The notes under the pieces: generated by a model
Database searches by the model: none
What the model saw: the letters and a program-made list of their open reading frames with translations, nothing else
Told to the model about the DNA's origin: nothing
Part shown: positions 1-8,384 of the stretch, piece by piece
Position numbering within the stretch: position 1 is the first letter of the stretch
Layout of the letters: every line of letters begins with the position of its first letter
Assembly: GCA_002898395.1 (NCBI GenBank)
Contig: BEHE01000017.1
Coordinates: 1 to 39,840, forward strand
Source of the DNA: Candidatus Calditenuaceae archaeon HR02
GTDB taxonomy: Archaea > Thermoproteota > Nitrososphaeria_A > Caldarchaeales > Calditenuaceae
Reading direction: 5' to 3'
DNA length: 39,840 nt
Position numbers and translations under genes: made by a program

Positions 1-9
1 GAGGACGGG

Positions 10-2814
10 ATGGAGCTCCTCTGCCGCCCAGTGGTAGAGGCGGTTAGGGAGAGGTTTGGGAGGCTGGCCGAGACCCAGAGACGCGCTATCCCCCACATTC
101 TCAGGGGAGAGAATGTTTTAATCGTCTCGCCAACCGGCACGGGGAAGACTGAGGCCGCCCTCCTTCCAATACTTAGCACAATATTGACCGACCCATCCGT
201 CAAGCCTATCTCGACGCTCTACATTACCCCTCTGAGGGCCCTGAACAGGGACTTGCTAGACAGGCTCGAATGGTGGTCGCGCCGCCTCGATATTTCCGTA
301 TCAGTCAGACATGGCGATACACCTCAGCGTGAGAGGAGAATCCAAGCGCTCAGCCCCCCACAGATAATGATAGCCACGCCCGAAGCCCTCCAGTCTCTCC
401 TCATAGGCCGCGTAATTAGGAGGAGCTTCACGAATCTAAGATGGGTTGTGGTGGATGAGGTCCACGAGCTTGCGACAGATAAGCGCGGGGCGCAGCTCGC
501 TGTGGCACTCCAGAGGCTAAGGAGGATTACGGGTAAGCCGTTCCAGCTGATCGGCCTCTCGGCGACCGTGGGCGAGCCTGAGGAGGTTGCGCGCTTCCTT
601 ACGGGGCCGGGGGGAAGGTTTGTGGTTGTGGAGACGAGGATGCCGAGGCCGCTCGAGGTGGATGTCGTCTTCCCCGAGCCTAGCAGGGTTGACGTGGAGA
701 TGGGCGAGGCGATAGGCATCGCACCAGACGTCGCAGCTAGGATGAGGGCAATAGTCGAGCTTATCTCAAACCACTCCTCCACACTCATCTTCACCAACAC
801 GAGACCCCTTGCAGAGGCCCTTGCAAACAGGTTTAAGGCCTGGGACGAGGCGCTCCCAATCTCAATCCATCACGGATCACTTTCCAGAGACCATAGGGTG
901 AGGGCTGAGAAAGACCTGAAGTATGGAGAGGTGCAGGGGCTCATCTGCACCTCAAGCCTCGAGATGGGCATAGACGTTGGGAGAATCGACCTGTGCATTC
1001 AGTATAACTCGCCGAGGGAGGTGACTAGGCTGATACAGAGGATCGGGCGCAGCGGTCACAGGATAGGGGGTACTGCCCGCGGAGTCGTGATAGTTATGGA
1101 CTCGGACGACGCTCTCGAGGCAGTCGTGATAGCTAGGAAGGCCAAGGAGGGGGAGCTTGAACCGGTCAGGGTTGTGATGAACAGTCTAGACGTCGCAATG
1201 CATCAAATAGCAGGCCTCCTACTCGAATACGGCCGCCTCTCAAGAGAGGAGATCGCATCACTCCTCAGGGGGGCATATAACTTCTCAAGTCTTGAGGACT
1301 CAGACCTTGAAATGCTACTCAAGTATATGGAGACGCTCGGGATTGCCAGAATAGTCGACGGGACTGTGACAAAGCCCATCAAGGCCAGACGCCTCATAGA
1401 ATACTACTTCGACAACCTCTCAATGATTCCTGAGGAGAAGCAGTACCTCGTCGTGGAGGAGGCGTCTGGGGAGCCCGTAGGCATTTTAGACGAGGCGTTC
1501 GTAGCCGAGTATGGCGAGGTTGGTACACGCTTCATTCTAGCGGGGAGGGCGTGGGTGATACTGACCCTCTCCGGGACTAGGATCTACGTGGCTAGGCTAA
1601 AGGAGGGTGAAGGCGCGGTACCGTCTTGGGTAGGGGATGAGATTCCTGTCCCTTTAGATGTTGCAATGGAGGTGGGTTCTATCAGGAGGCGGTACTTGGA
1701 GGCGAGGATGAGTGGTGTGGGGCCTGGTGAGGCGGCTGCCTCGCTCGCATCGGCTTATGGTGTCTCGCCGCGCTTCGTGGAGAAGTCTCTGAGGGAGGTT
1801 GAGCAGCACATCGAGATGGGGATTCCAGTCCCCACTGATAAGCTCGCAGTGGTTGAGGAGACGGGAGAATACGTAATCCTCCATATAACTGGAGGGCTGA
1901 GAATCAACAGAACTCTAGCTCGCCTCCTTTCAGTATACCTAGCAGAGCGGATAGGCGCACCGGTCTCAGCCCAGTCAGACCCCTACAGGTTAGTGCTCAA
2001 GTCCAAGAACCTAGACGCCGCAGACGTGGAGAAGGCCCTCTCAGAGATTCTAGACGAGGAACTGCTCAGGAGGGCTGTAGAGTCATCAGGCGTCTTCAGG
2101 AGGAGGCTAGTCCACGTGGCCAGGAAGATGGGTGTTGTGAGTAAGGACGTCAGCCTACTCGATGTGAGTGCCCAGATGCTTGTGGAGTCTCTGAGAGGGA
2201 CGCCGGCCTACATCGAGGCCCTCAGATTCACAATCTTCACAGACTATGACTGGGAGGGCGTAAAGACGCTTCTAGGGAAGATAAGGAGCGGGGATATTGG
2301 TGTGGTAGCCTGCAGACTGGAAAAGCCGAGCCCCCTAGCCTCCCTAACAATCAACAGATACCAGTACGAATATGAGACCTACACTCCTGAGAGAATGCAC
2401 AAACTCGTCATAAATGCCGTCCGCGGAAGAATAAACAGCGAGCTAGTAGTCCTGGCCTGCCTAGACTGTAGGAAATATGTGGAGATGGTGGAGGTCGGCG
2501 GGATGGACAACAAACCCGTCTGTCCAAACTGTGGCTCAAGCCGGGTCGGAATAGTGAGTGGGGGCGGGCGCGAGGATGTGGAGAGGATAATGAGGGGGAG
2601 GACGGCCGAGTCGCGGAGATTCTGGAGGGAGGCTGAGAAAACGGCACCGTTGATCGAGAAGTACGGGAAGGCCGCCGCCTTCGTACTCTCAGCCAAGGGG
2701 GTGGGTCTCAGGGAGGCGGAGCAGCTCCTTGCCGAGGAGCCACGAATCTCGCCCAAACTTATCGAGAAGCTAATAGAGCTGGAGAAGAAAGCGCTCTTGA
2801 GGGAGTTCAGCTAG
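10..2814 (+). CDS. lhr: Lhr-family SF2 DEAD/DEAH-box helicase
   Basis: 934 aa. Walker A SPTGTGKT, motif Ia YITPLRALNRD, DEVH, SAT, HHGSLS, TSSLEMGID, QRIGRSGH, and C-terminal CxxC...CPNC Zn site typical of archaeal Lhr. Confidence 0.93.
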   Translation: MELLCRPVVEAVRERFGRLAETQRRAIPHILRGENVLIVSPTGTGKTEAALLPILSTILTDPSVKPISTLYITPLRALNRDLLDRLEWWSRRLDISVSVRHGDTPQRERRIQALSPPQIMIATPEALQSLLIGRVIRRSFTNLRWVVVDEVHELATDKRGAQLAVALQRLRRITGKPFQLIGLSATVGEPEEVARFLTGPGGRFVVVETRMPRPLEVDVVFPEPSRVDVEMGEAIGIAPDVAARMRAIVELISNHSSTLIFTNTRPLAEALANRFKAWDEALPISIHHGSLSRDHRVRAEKDLKYGEVQGLICTSSLEMGIDVGRIDLCIQYNSPREVTRLIQRIGRSGHRIGGTARGVVIVMDSDDALEAVVIARKAKEGELEPVRVVMNSLDVAMHQIAGLLLEYGRLSREEIASLLRGAYNFSSLEDSDLEMLLKYMETLGIARIVDGTVTKPIKARRLIEYYFDNLSMIPEEKQYLVVEEASGEPVGILDEAFVAEYGEVGTRFILAGRAWVILTLSGTRIYVARLKEGEGAVPSWVGDEIPVPLDVAMEVGSIRRRYLEARMSGVGPGEAAASLASAYGVSPRFVEKSLREVEQHIEMGIPVPTDKLAVVEETGEYVILHITGGLRINRTLARLLSVYLAERIGAPVSAQSDPYRLVLKSKNLDAADVEKALSEILDEELLRRAVESSGVFRRRLVHVARKMGVVSKDVSLLDVSAQMLVESLRGTPAYIEALRFTIFTDYDWEGVKTLLGKIRSGDIGVVACRLEKPSPLASLTINRYQYEYETYTPERMHKLVINAVRGRINSELVVLACLDCRKYVEMVEVGGMDNKPVCPNCGSSRVGIVSGGGREDVERIMRGRTAESRRFWREAEKTAPLIEKYGKAAAFVLSAKGVGLREAEQLLAEEPRISPKLIEKLIELEKKALLREFS

Positions 2815-3416
2815 GTCGAGTCTTCCCCCTCGGCGCTGTTCTCCTCAGCCTCCTGGCTCACAGCTCCCTCTGTGCTGAGGGAGGCGAAGGCTTTGAGCAG
2901 CTCCTGCTTATCCACCTCCACTAAGGTCCTCCACCCGATAGATATCACGCCCTCCTCTGTCCTGTTGAGATATCCTCTCCTAGCGAGCCTCTCTAGGGCG
3001 GCCTCCACCCGCCACCTCGGATACTTTGTCTCCAGCATCTCGACAACCTCCTTCTCGGAGGAGCTGCCATTCTTCGCGAGTAGGTATGCGAGTGTCGCTG
3101 ATAGTATTGCGAGCTCGTCTAGGCTGTAGCCGAGGGTCTGGACGTCTGAGAGGGTGAGGGGGTCTGAGAGGACGATGTAGAAACGGGCCCTATCCAGGTC
3201 CTCCGGACCCGCCTCGGGATCTGGGACAACCTTGACTCTTAAGCCTATCTGCTTCAGCCTTGAGTCTAAGGAGTTTATTATCTTGGGGAAGCTTTTGCCA
3301 AGTCTCCTCCTCAGCTCCCAACCCCGCACGCCCGGAAGCCTATGCCCAGATGCAAGAATCAAGGCTACCGCCTGCGCCATCTTCTTCTCCAGCTTACCCA
3401 GCTCTTCACCACTCAC
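2811..3416 (-). CDS. KITE-type tandem winged-helix SMC accessory subunit (ScpB/Nse1/Nse3-MAGE-like)
   Basis: 201 aa, last gene of the smc-kleisin operon. C-terminal half (AILSATLAYLLAKNGSSSEKEVVEML...LERLARRGYL...IGWRTLVEVDKQELLK) resembles the second WH of Nse3/MAGE. Confidence 0.7.
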   Translation of the reverse strand: MSGEELGKLEKKMAQAVALILASGHRLPGVRGWELRRRLGKSFPKIINSLDSRLKQIGLRVKVVPDPEAGPEDLDRARFYIVLSDPLTLSDVQTLGYSLDELAILSATLAYLLAKNGSSSEKEVVEMLETKYPRWRVEAALERLARRGYLNRTEEGVISIGWRTLVEVDKQELLKAFASLSTEGAVSQEAEENSAEGEDST

Positions 3417-3422
3417 TCTCCA

Positions 3423-4148
3423 TCATCTGCCGATAGTTAGTGCGAGAGACGTTGTTCTAGGCTCGTCTGAAACCCTCTCTGCAGACCTTATCCAGATCTC
3501 GCCGCTCAAGGCATTAACTCTCACATCAACTTCCCCCCTTGAGATGAGATAGCTCAGGAGATACGCTCTATCCTTCCTATTTCCCCTCATGTTGACGAAG
3601 TCCCAATACCTAACCCAGCCACTTATGGATGATAGCTCTGCTAAAAGCTCCCCTAGCTCGCTGCTTATCTGGCTCTCGATAGCCTCGTACGCGCTAGGAC
3701 GCCCCACCGCGAGCTGCACAGCCTCTAGCCCAGCCGAGCCCCTAGTCGGCCTTGAGAGGAAGTGCTGATACCCCCTAAGAAGCAGGTCTACCGAGATCTG
3801 CTCAAGCCTGACTATTGGTCTCCAGGCCTGGAGAAGGGCCGCAACGAGAGACTTGGGATCTGACCCAACTATCTTGGAGTAGATCATGCCCGCGTCGATG
3901 AAGAGCGAGGAGGCCCTCTCCCTAATCCACCTCTGCTGAAGCCCCAGCACCACCGAGACCCTGTAGAGTGTCTCGGCGTCGAGGCTGATCGTCTCAACAT
4001 CCCTCTCCCTCTCAATTATCTCGCGGAGCCGCGAAAGCAGTGAGGAGACATCGACGCTGAAGGGGTCCAGCCTCCTTGACTCAATCTCACCAAGGATCGA
4101 GATCATTCGGATGAGCTCCTCCCTGGGAATCCTGACTACCCTGCTCAT
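3423..4148 (-). CDS. Kleisin (ScpA/Nse4-like) subunit
   Basis: 241 aa. N-terminal LDPFSVDVSSLLSRL...LDAETLYRVSVVL resembles the archaeal ScpA N-domain, and C-terminal AYLLSYLISRGEVDVR...GEIWIR is WH-like. ATGA overlap with the smc gene. Confidence 0.72.
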   Translation of the reverse strand: MSRVVRIPREELIRMISILGEIESRRLDPFSVDVSSLLSRLREIIERERDVETISLDAETLYRVSVVLGLQQRWIRERASSLFIDAGMIYSKIVGSDPKSLVAALLQAWRPIVRLEQISVDLLLRGYQHFLSRPTRGSAGLEAVQLAVGRPSAYEAIESQISSELGELLAELSSISGWVRYWDFVNMRGNRKDRAYLLSYLISRGEVDVRVNALSGEIWIRSAERVSDEPRTTSLALTIGR

Positions 4149-5914
4149 CCTTCCTCCACCGAGCTCGTCACGAAGGAGGAGCCGGCCACGTTCTGGACTA
4201 TTATGAGGTTGAAGCCGTCTGTTATTGGGAGCCTGCCAGGCGTGATGAATAGGAACTGAGTCGAGGGGTAGGAGCGGGCGATCTCGACGAGCATTTTGGT
4301 AACCATCTCCCTGTTCAGTGGGTCTAGGTGTACGTCAAACTCGTCTACGGCTCTTATCGGAGACTTGACGTAGCTCTGAAGTGCTAGGAGGAATGCAATG
4401 GTGGCAACCACCCTCTCGCCCCCGCTGTGCGTGTGAGCGTCAACTATCATCGGCTCCATACCCCTGAACCCCGCCATCAGCTCCAAACTAGCAGTGACAG
4501 GGTCGTCAAGGCCCCTAATCCTGATCAACCCCTTCCCACCGACCGCCTCTAAAAGCCTCTGATAAACAGGATTAATATCATCAATAATCTCCTTGAGCTT
4601 GTCCCTCCAGATCTGCCGCCTCTTCTCAACTTCTTCAATCGCCCTCTTTACGTTCTCCTCAACCTGCCTAGCCTTCAGCTCAACCTCCCTGAACCTCGAG
4701 TCTGCCAAGAAATACATGGTCTCTGCGTCGGGGATAACCTTGCCTAGAGAGGCAATCTCTAGGGCTGTTAGCTTCAGGTCCTCAAGGACTGCTGAGGGCT
4801 CCCTCTCAGTGGCGACCTCCCCACCCTTCTCGGAGGCCGCCGCCCTCCTCTCCTCAAACTCCTTCAAAAGACCGTTAATCTCCGACTGGGCCTCAGAGAC
4901 CTCCCTCTCAAGGCTCGAGACTCTATACCTCCTCACACCCTCCTCCACAGCGGCCCTCACCAAGAGGTCGACTGCCTCCAAGACCTCCTCTGGACTCCCG
5001 GACGCATAGAGGCTATGTCGGATCCTCTCTCTTAGGGAGTTCGCCTCGGACCCGTAGGCTGCCGCCTCCTCCTCGAGCCTCGCCTTCTCCCTCAACATCC
5101 TCTCAAGAATCAGCCTCCTCCTCTCGAGACTCTTCCCAACCTGGTGAACCAGACTCCAAGCATACTCTAGCTCGAGGCTCTTCCTCCTCTCCTCGAGCTC
5201 CTTTAGGTGCTGGAGCTTCTGGAGCTCTCTCCGCCAATACTCTACCGCCTCGCCCGCCTCTGAGAGGAGACGCTTAACAGATGCCTCCTCTGATCTGAGA
5301 CTGTTTAACCTGCTCTCGGCCTCGAGTAGCCTCTCCCTAAGATGTGATAGGCCGACGGCGTCCTCCATCGCCCTTAGCTTCTCAATGTTATCCCTAGAGG
5401 CGAAGTTCTCAATCATGTTCTGGTGCATTATTATGAGGGCGTTGTTGGGATTGATTCCAAGCCTCCTCAGAAGCTCCTCCAGCTCGGCCTTGGGTGTGAA
5501 TCTGTTGTTCACATAGTGCCAATACTCGCCGCTCCTCTTGATGAAGCGGGTGACTGTGATCTCGTCAGATTTGATGGAGGAGACCGGTCTCTCACCATCC
5601 ACCGGAGAATTATCTAGGACGACTGTAAGCCTGGCGGCCTCCTTCCCTCTCCTTATAAGGTCACTCAGCCTCTGCCCCCTCTCAGTATAGGTTTGGCCCA
5701 GCGCCACTGACAGTCCGAGCAGGATGGAGGACTTGCCCGAGCCGTTAGGTCCTGTGATAACGTTAAGCCCAGGCTCAAGCCTGATCCTGGAATACTCGTG
5801 AGACATGAAGTTCTCGAGTATGACTTCACGTATGTGAGTCCGCCTTGCCTCGACCCCCACCTGCCCTAACCGAGCCCTAGCCAACCCCTCTAACCCTTCA
5901 GAGGGGCCAGCCAC
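4145..5914 (-). CDS. Short SMC-family ATPase, SMC5/6-related, apparently hinge-less
   Basis: 589 aa. ILENFMSH, Walker A GPNGSGKS, Q-loop IMHQ, central coiled coil, signature HSGGER, Walker B/D-loop SPIRAVDEFDVHLDPLNR, and QFLFITP. Confidence 0.9.
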   Translation of the reverse strand: MAGPSEGLEGLARARLGQVGVEARRTHIREVILENFMSHEYSRIRLEPGLNVITGPNGSGKSSILLGLSVALGQTYTERGQRLSDLIRRGKEAARLTVVLDNSPVDGERPVSSIKSDEITVTRFIKRSGEYWHYVNNRFTPKAELEELLRRLGINPNNALIIMHQNMIENFASRDNIEKLRAMEDAVGLSHLRERLLEAESRLNSLRSEEASVKRLLSEAGEAVEYWRRELQKLQHLKELEERRKSLELEYAWSLVHQVGKSLERRRLILERMLREKARLEEEAAAYGSEANSLRERIRHSLYASGSPEEVLEAVDLLVRAAVEEGVRRYRVSSLEREVSEAQSEINGLLKEFEERRAAASEKGGEVATEREPSAVLEDLKLTALEIASLGKVIPDAETMYFLADSRFREVELKARQVEENVKRAIEEVEKRRQIWRDKLKEIIDDINPVYQRLLEAVGGKGLIRIRGLDDPVTASLELMAGFRGMEPMIVDAHTHSGGERVVATIAFLLALQSYVKSPIRAVDEFDVHLDPLNREMVTKMLVEIARSYPSTQFLFITPGRLPITDGFNLIIVQNVAGSSFVTSSVEEG

Positions 5915-6050
5915 AATAAAGACTATCCCCCGCAGAGTGAAAGTGTATTACACAGTATGACGCCCACCCTCTTGAATGGTGTTAAAAAGGGCTACAAGCT
6001 GAACGTTTAAGGGCTGCGGATTCCAGTTATATAGGCTGGAGAGGGGTTGC

Positions 6051-6488
6051 ATGGAGATAGAGGTAAAGACGGCGCTGGATCGCTTCAGGATGTTCATCAT
6101 CTATAACACCTGCCTCAGCCTCATCCCGAAGGGGTACCTGAAGGACCCGACAATATTCCCTGAAAGAGACCCAGACAAAGGAGAAATCTACGTGGAGGCG
6201 GCCAGCAAGATAGAGTTGGCCAGAATCAGGGATATCAGATTTGTGAAGGCCGCAGACATACTCGGCGTGATATACAGGTCTAAGACTGGGAACACGTACC
6301 TTAAGTGGAGACAGATAAGGGGAAACATAGGGAGGCTGACAGGCGTAGCCTCGCCAAACTCCATAGTCAACCTCCTCGAGGCAAGGGTCCTGACTAGAGA
6401 ATACCTTGAAGAATACCTGAAGCAGAGGGGCGAGACACCCAAGACGGAGGACCAAGGACAGCCCAGCACCACAACAACACCCCAATAA
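6051..6488 (+). CDS. Conserved hypothetical protein divergent from the smc operon
   Basis: 145 aa with host-like codon usage and GAGGGG upstream of the ATG. Globular region plus low-complexity tail. Function unknown. Confidence 0.75.
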   Translation: MEIEVKTALDRFRMFIIYNTCLSLIPKGYLKDPTIFPERDPDKGEIYVEAASKIELARIRDIRFVKAADILGVIYRSKTGNTYLKWRQIRGNIGRLTGVASPNSIVNLLEARVLTREYLEEYLKQRGETPKTEDQGQPSTTTTPQ

Positions 6489-6537
6489 ACGGTCACACTA
6501 AACTCCAATACCTCAACCCATTTTTGTACTAGGGAGC

Positions 6538-6937
6538 CTAGATACCGCTCTCTCTACCTGCAAACTTCTCCAGCCAATCCAAAATATTAGGCGGCAACAG
6601 AGTGTTCGGCCGTAACCACCTACTACCAGCAAAGACTATGAAAGGGCTAGAAGACAGCATATTCAACAGCTCATCACCTTTCATCTGTGTAATCACCGTT
6701 ATCTCACCTAAGCTAAAAGCGCTATCGTGAACTAGACCTAACATCTTTGCCACGACCCTGCCTAACATGTATGCCAGTAATCGTGGCAGGCCGGATGGAA
6801 AATTTTTTCTAAGCAAAATTATATCATCTTCGGTTACTATTACTAGCCCTTTAATCCTCTCGGTCTCTCTAATTATCGCCTTTCTCTTATTGTGGGATAG
6901 CGTTTTAAGCCGCTCTCACTGGATCCCCTGCGTGCAT
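6538..6937 (-). pseudogene. Frameshifted hypothetical (winged-helix-like) gene
   Basis: ATG at 6937 (TAATG overlap with the upstream fragment) reads MHAGDPVR, then shifts frame in a GAGAG run near 6915 to ERLKTLSHNK...LLRKNFPSG, continuous with ORF 6538-6816. Confidence 0.55.
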
Positions 6938-7247
6938 TAGTCCTTAGACTTGGATTCGGGGGCTTTCTCGATCTTTTCTAAGATTTCTTGGAGCCTAGTT
7001 AGCTGGGCTATATAACCGCCCCGGTTAACTGTCCGGACAAGATGTTGGTCCTTAAAGCTCCCTTAGGTGTGAAGCGATTGTAAAGTATTCGGCTCCTACG
7101 GCTGAAGATATCGCCTCGATTGTGGCCATGTCGTCCCCAATTAATCAGCCTCCTTGGCGAAGTGTTTGCCGGTAAGATACAAGACCCCCCTGGCGAGGCA
7201 ATTATAAGCTCCCGCGTCCATATATGGTCCATAAAGTTTCCCAACAC
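6937..7247 (-). pseudogene. Degraded winged-helix protein gene
   Basis: Joined across frameshifts: LARGVLYLTGKHFAKEA / GDDMATIEAISSAVGAEYFTIASHLREL / KDQHLVRTVNRGGYIAQLTRLQEILEKIEK...KD*, an HTH plus wing pattern. Confidence 0.5.
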
Positions 7248-7278
7248 CCCTTTCTGCTTAATTTCTTAGTTTTACTCT

Positions 7279-7785
7279 CTAGCGGCTATTTCTTAGTAGG
7301 GCTCTGCATCTGGGGCAGGGTTCCACACTTTTCAGGTCGGTGTCGACGATGCTGTTGCTGAAGAACATGACGCATCGGGGGTTGGGACAGTGTTTTAGGC
7401 CGAGCATATGCCCGATCTCGTGGGCTACCTCCTTCCTCAACCTCTCTACGAATCTCTTGGTGTTTGGGTGTTTTAACCTGTAGGTCGAGACGACGGCGGA
7501 GCGGTTTGATGCGAGGCCGAAGCAGAAGTTGAACCTGTCGAAGTATATGTCGAGCCCGGTGATGTGTAGGTGGTAGTGGTTTCCACTGTACTCTCTCGCG
7601 AGGGCCTCTACCAGTCTCAGCGCCTCCACCTGCCTTCGGGTCGGGTTAACATGGTTTAGGGCGGGGTCTATCTCAAGCTCCAACTCCTCTGTAGAGAGCC
7701 CATAGACTAGGGCCGCCGTCTCCACAGCTATGCTCCTCTCATAGCTCAGATCCCTCGGCGAAGAGACGACGAGTCTCGCCGGCAA
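7279..7785 (-). CDS. amzA: Archaemetzincin (peptidase M54)
   Basis: HEIGHMLGLKHC metzincin motif followed by CVMFFSNS...D...CPRC Cys4 site. Confidence 0.9.
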   Translation of the reverse strand: MPARLVVSSPRDLSYERSIAVETAALVYGLSTEELELEIDPALNHVNPTRRQVEALRLVEALAREYSGNHYHLHITGLDIYFDRFNFCFGLASNRSAVVSTYRLKHPNTKRFVERLRKEVAHEIGHMLGLKHCPNPRCVMFFSNSIVDTDLKSVEPCPRCRALLRNSR

Positions 7786-7820
7786 GCCAACATAAATCCT
7801 TGCGTGGGTTTTGATAAGGC

Positions 7821-8384
7821 TTGATGAGGGCCTATCTCGTAGCTGGGACCCCCGGTGTAGGTAAGTCTACTGTGGCCTCGGGATTGGCGGAGAGGATAGG
7901 TGCGCTTATGCTTGAGCTTGGGGAGCTGACCGACCCTGGCGAGCTTGAGGTTCACCCCGTTAAGCTGGCTGCGAGGGCGGGGGCTAGAATTAGGAGGGAG
8001 GGAAGGGATGTAGTGATAGCCACGCACATTATCTTCAAGCCGCGCAGTATTCCTATTGGCGCTGTTATTGTTTTGAGGCGGAGCCCGTTGAGGCTTTTGG
8101 AGGAGCTGAGGCTTCGAGGGTATCCGGAGGAGAAGGTGCTTGAGAATGTTGAGGCTGAGCTACTGGGCGTCGTGTATGTTGATGCGCTCCGTAAGGTGGG
8201 TGAGGGGAGGGTCTTCCAGATAGATACTACGGAGAGGGGGGCTATGGAGAGTGTGGAACTGGCTCACCGGATTCTGCGTGGGGAGTGGAGTGGTGATGAG
8301 GTTGACTGGGTCTCGCTGCTGGAGAGGGATGGGAGCCTTCAGGGGCTCTTGTCCATGCTCTCAGCTAGGAGTGCGAGGACTTAG
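7821..8384 (+). CDS. AK6/Fap7-type adenylate kinase
   Basis: GTPGVGKST P-loop, hhhxH motif (VVIATH), LRLRGYPEEKVLENVEAE lid, VDW tail. Confidence 0.85.
   Translation: MMRAYLVAGTPGVGKSTVASGLAERIGALMLELGELTDPGELEVHPVKLAARAGARIRREGRDVVIATHIIFKPRSIPIGAVIVLRRSPLRLLEELRLRGYPEEKVLENVEAELLGVVYVDALRKVGEGRVFQIDTTERGAMESVELAHRILRGEWSGDEVDWVSLLERDGSLQGLLSMLSARSART

Noticed and set aside
2811-5914. Wadjet (JetABCD) or Rad50/Mre11 assignment
   Set aside because: No JetD/Toprim nuclease or Mre11 adjacent, no Zn hook, and the head motifs are SMC5/6-like. The operon sits among core genes.
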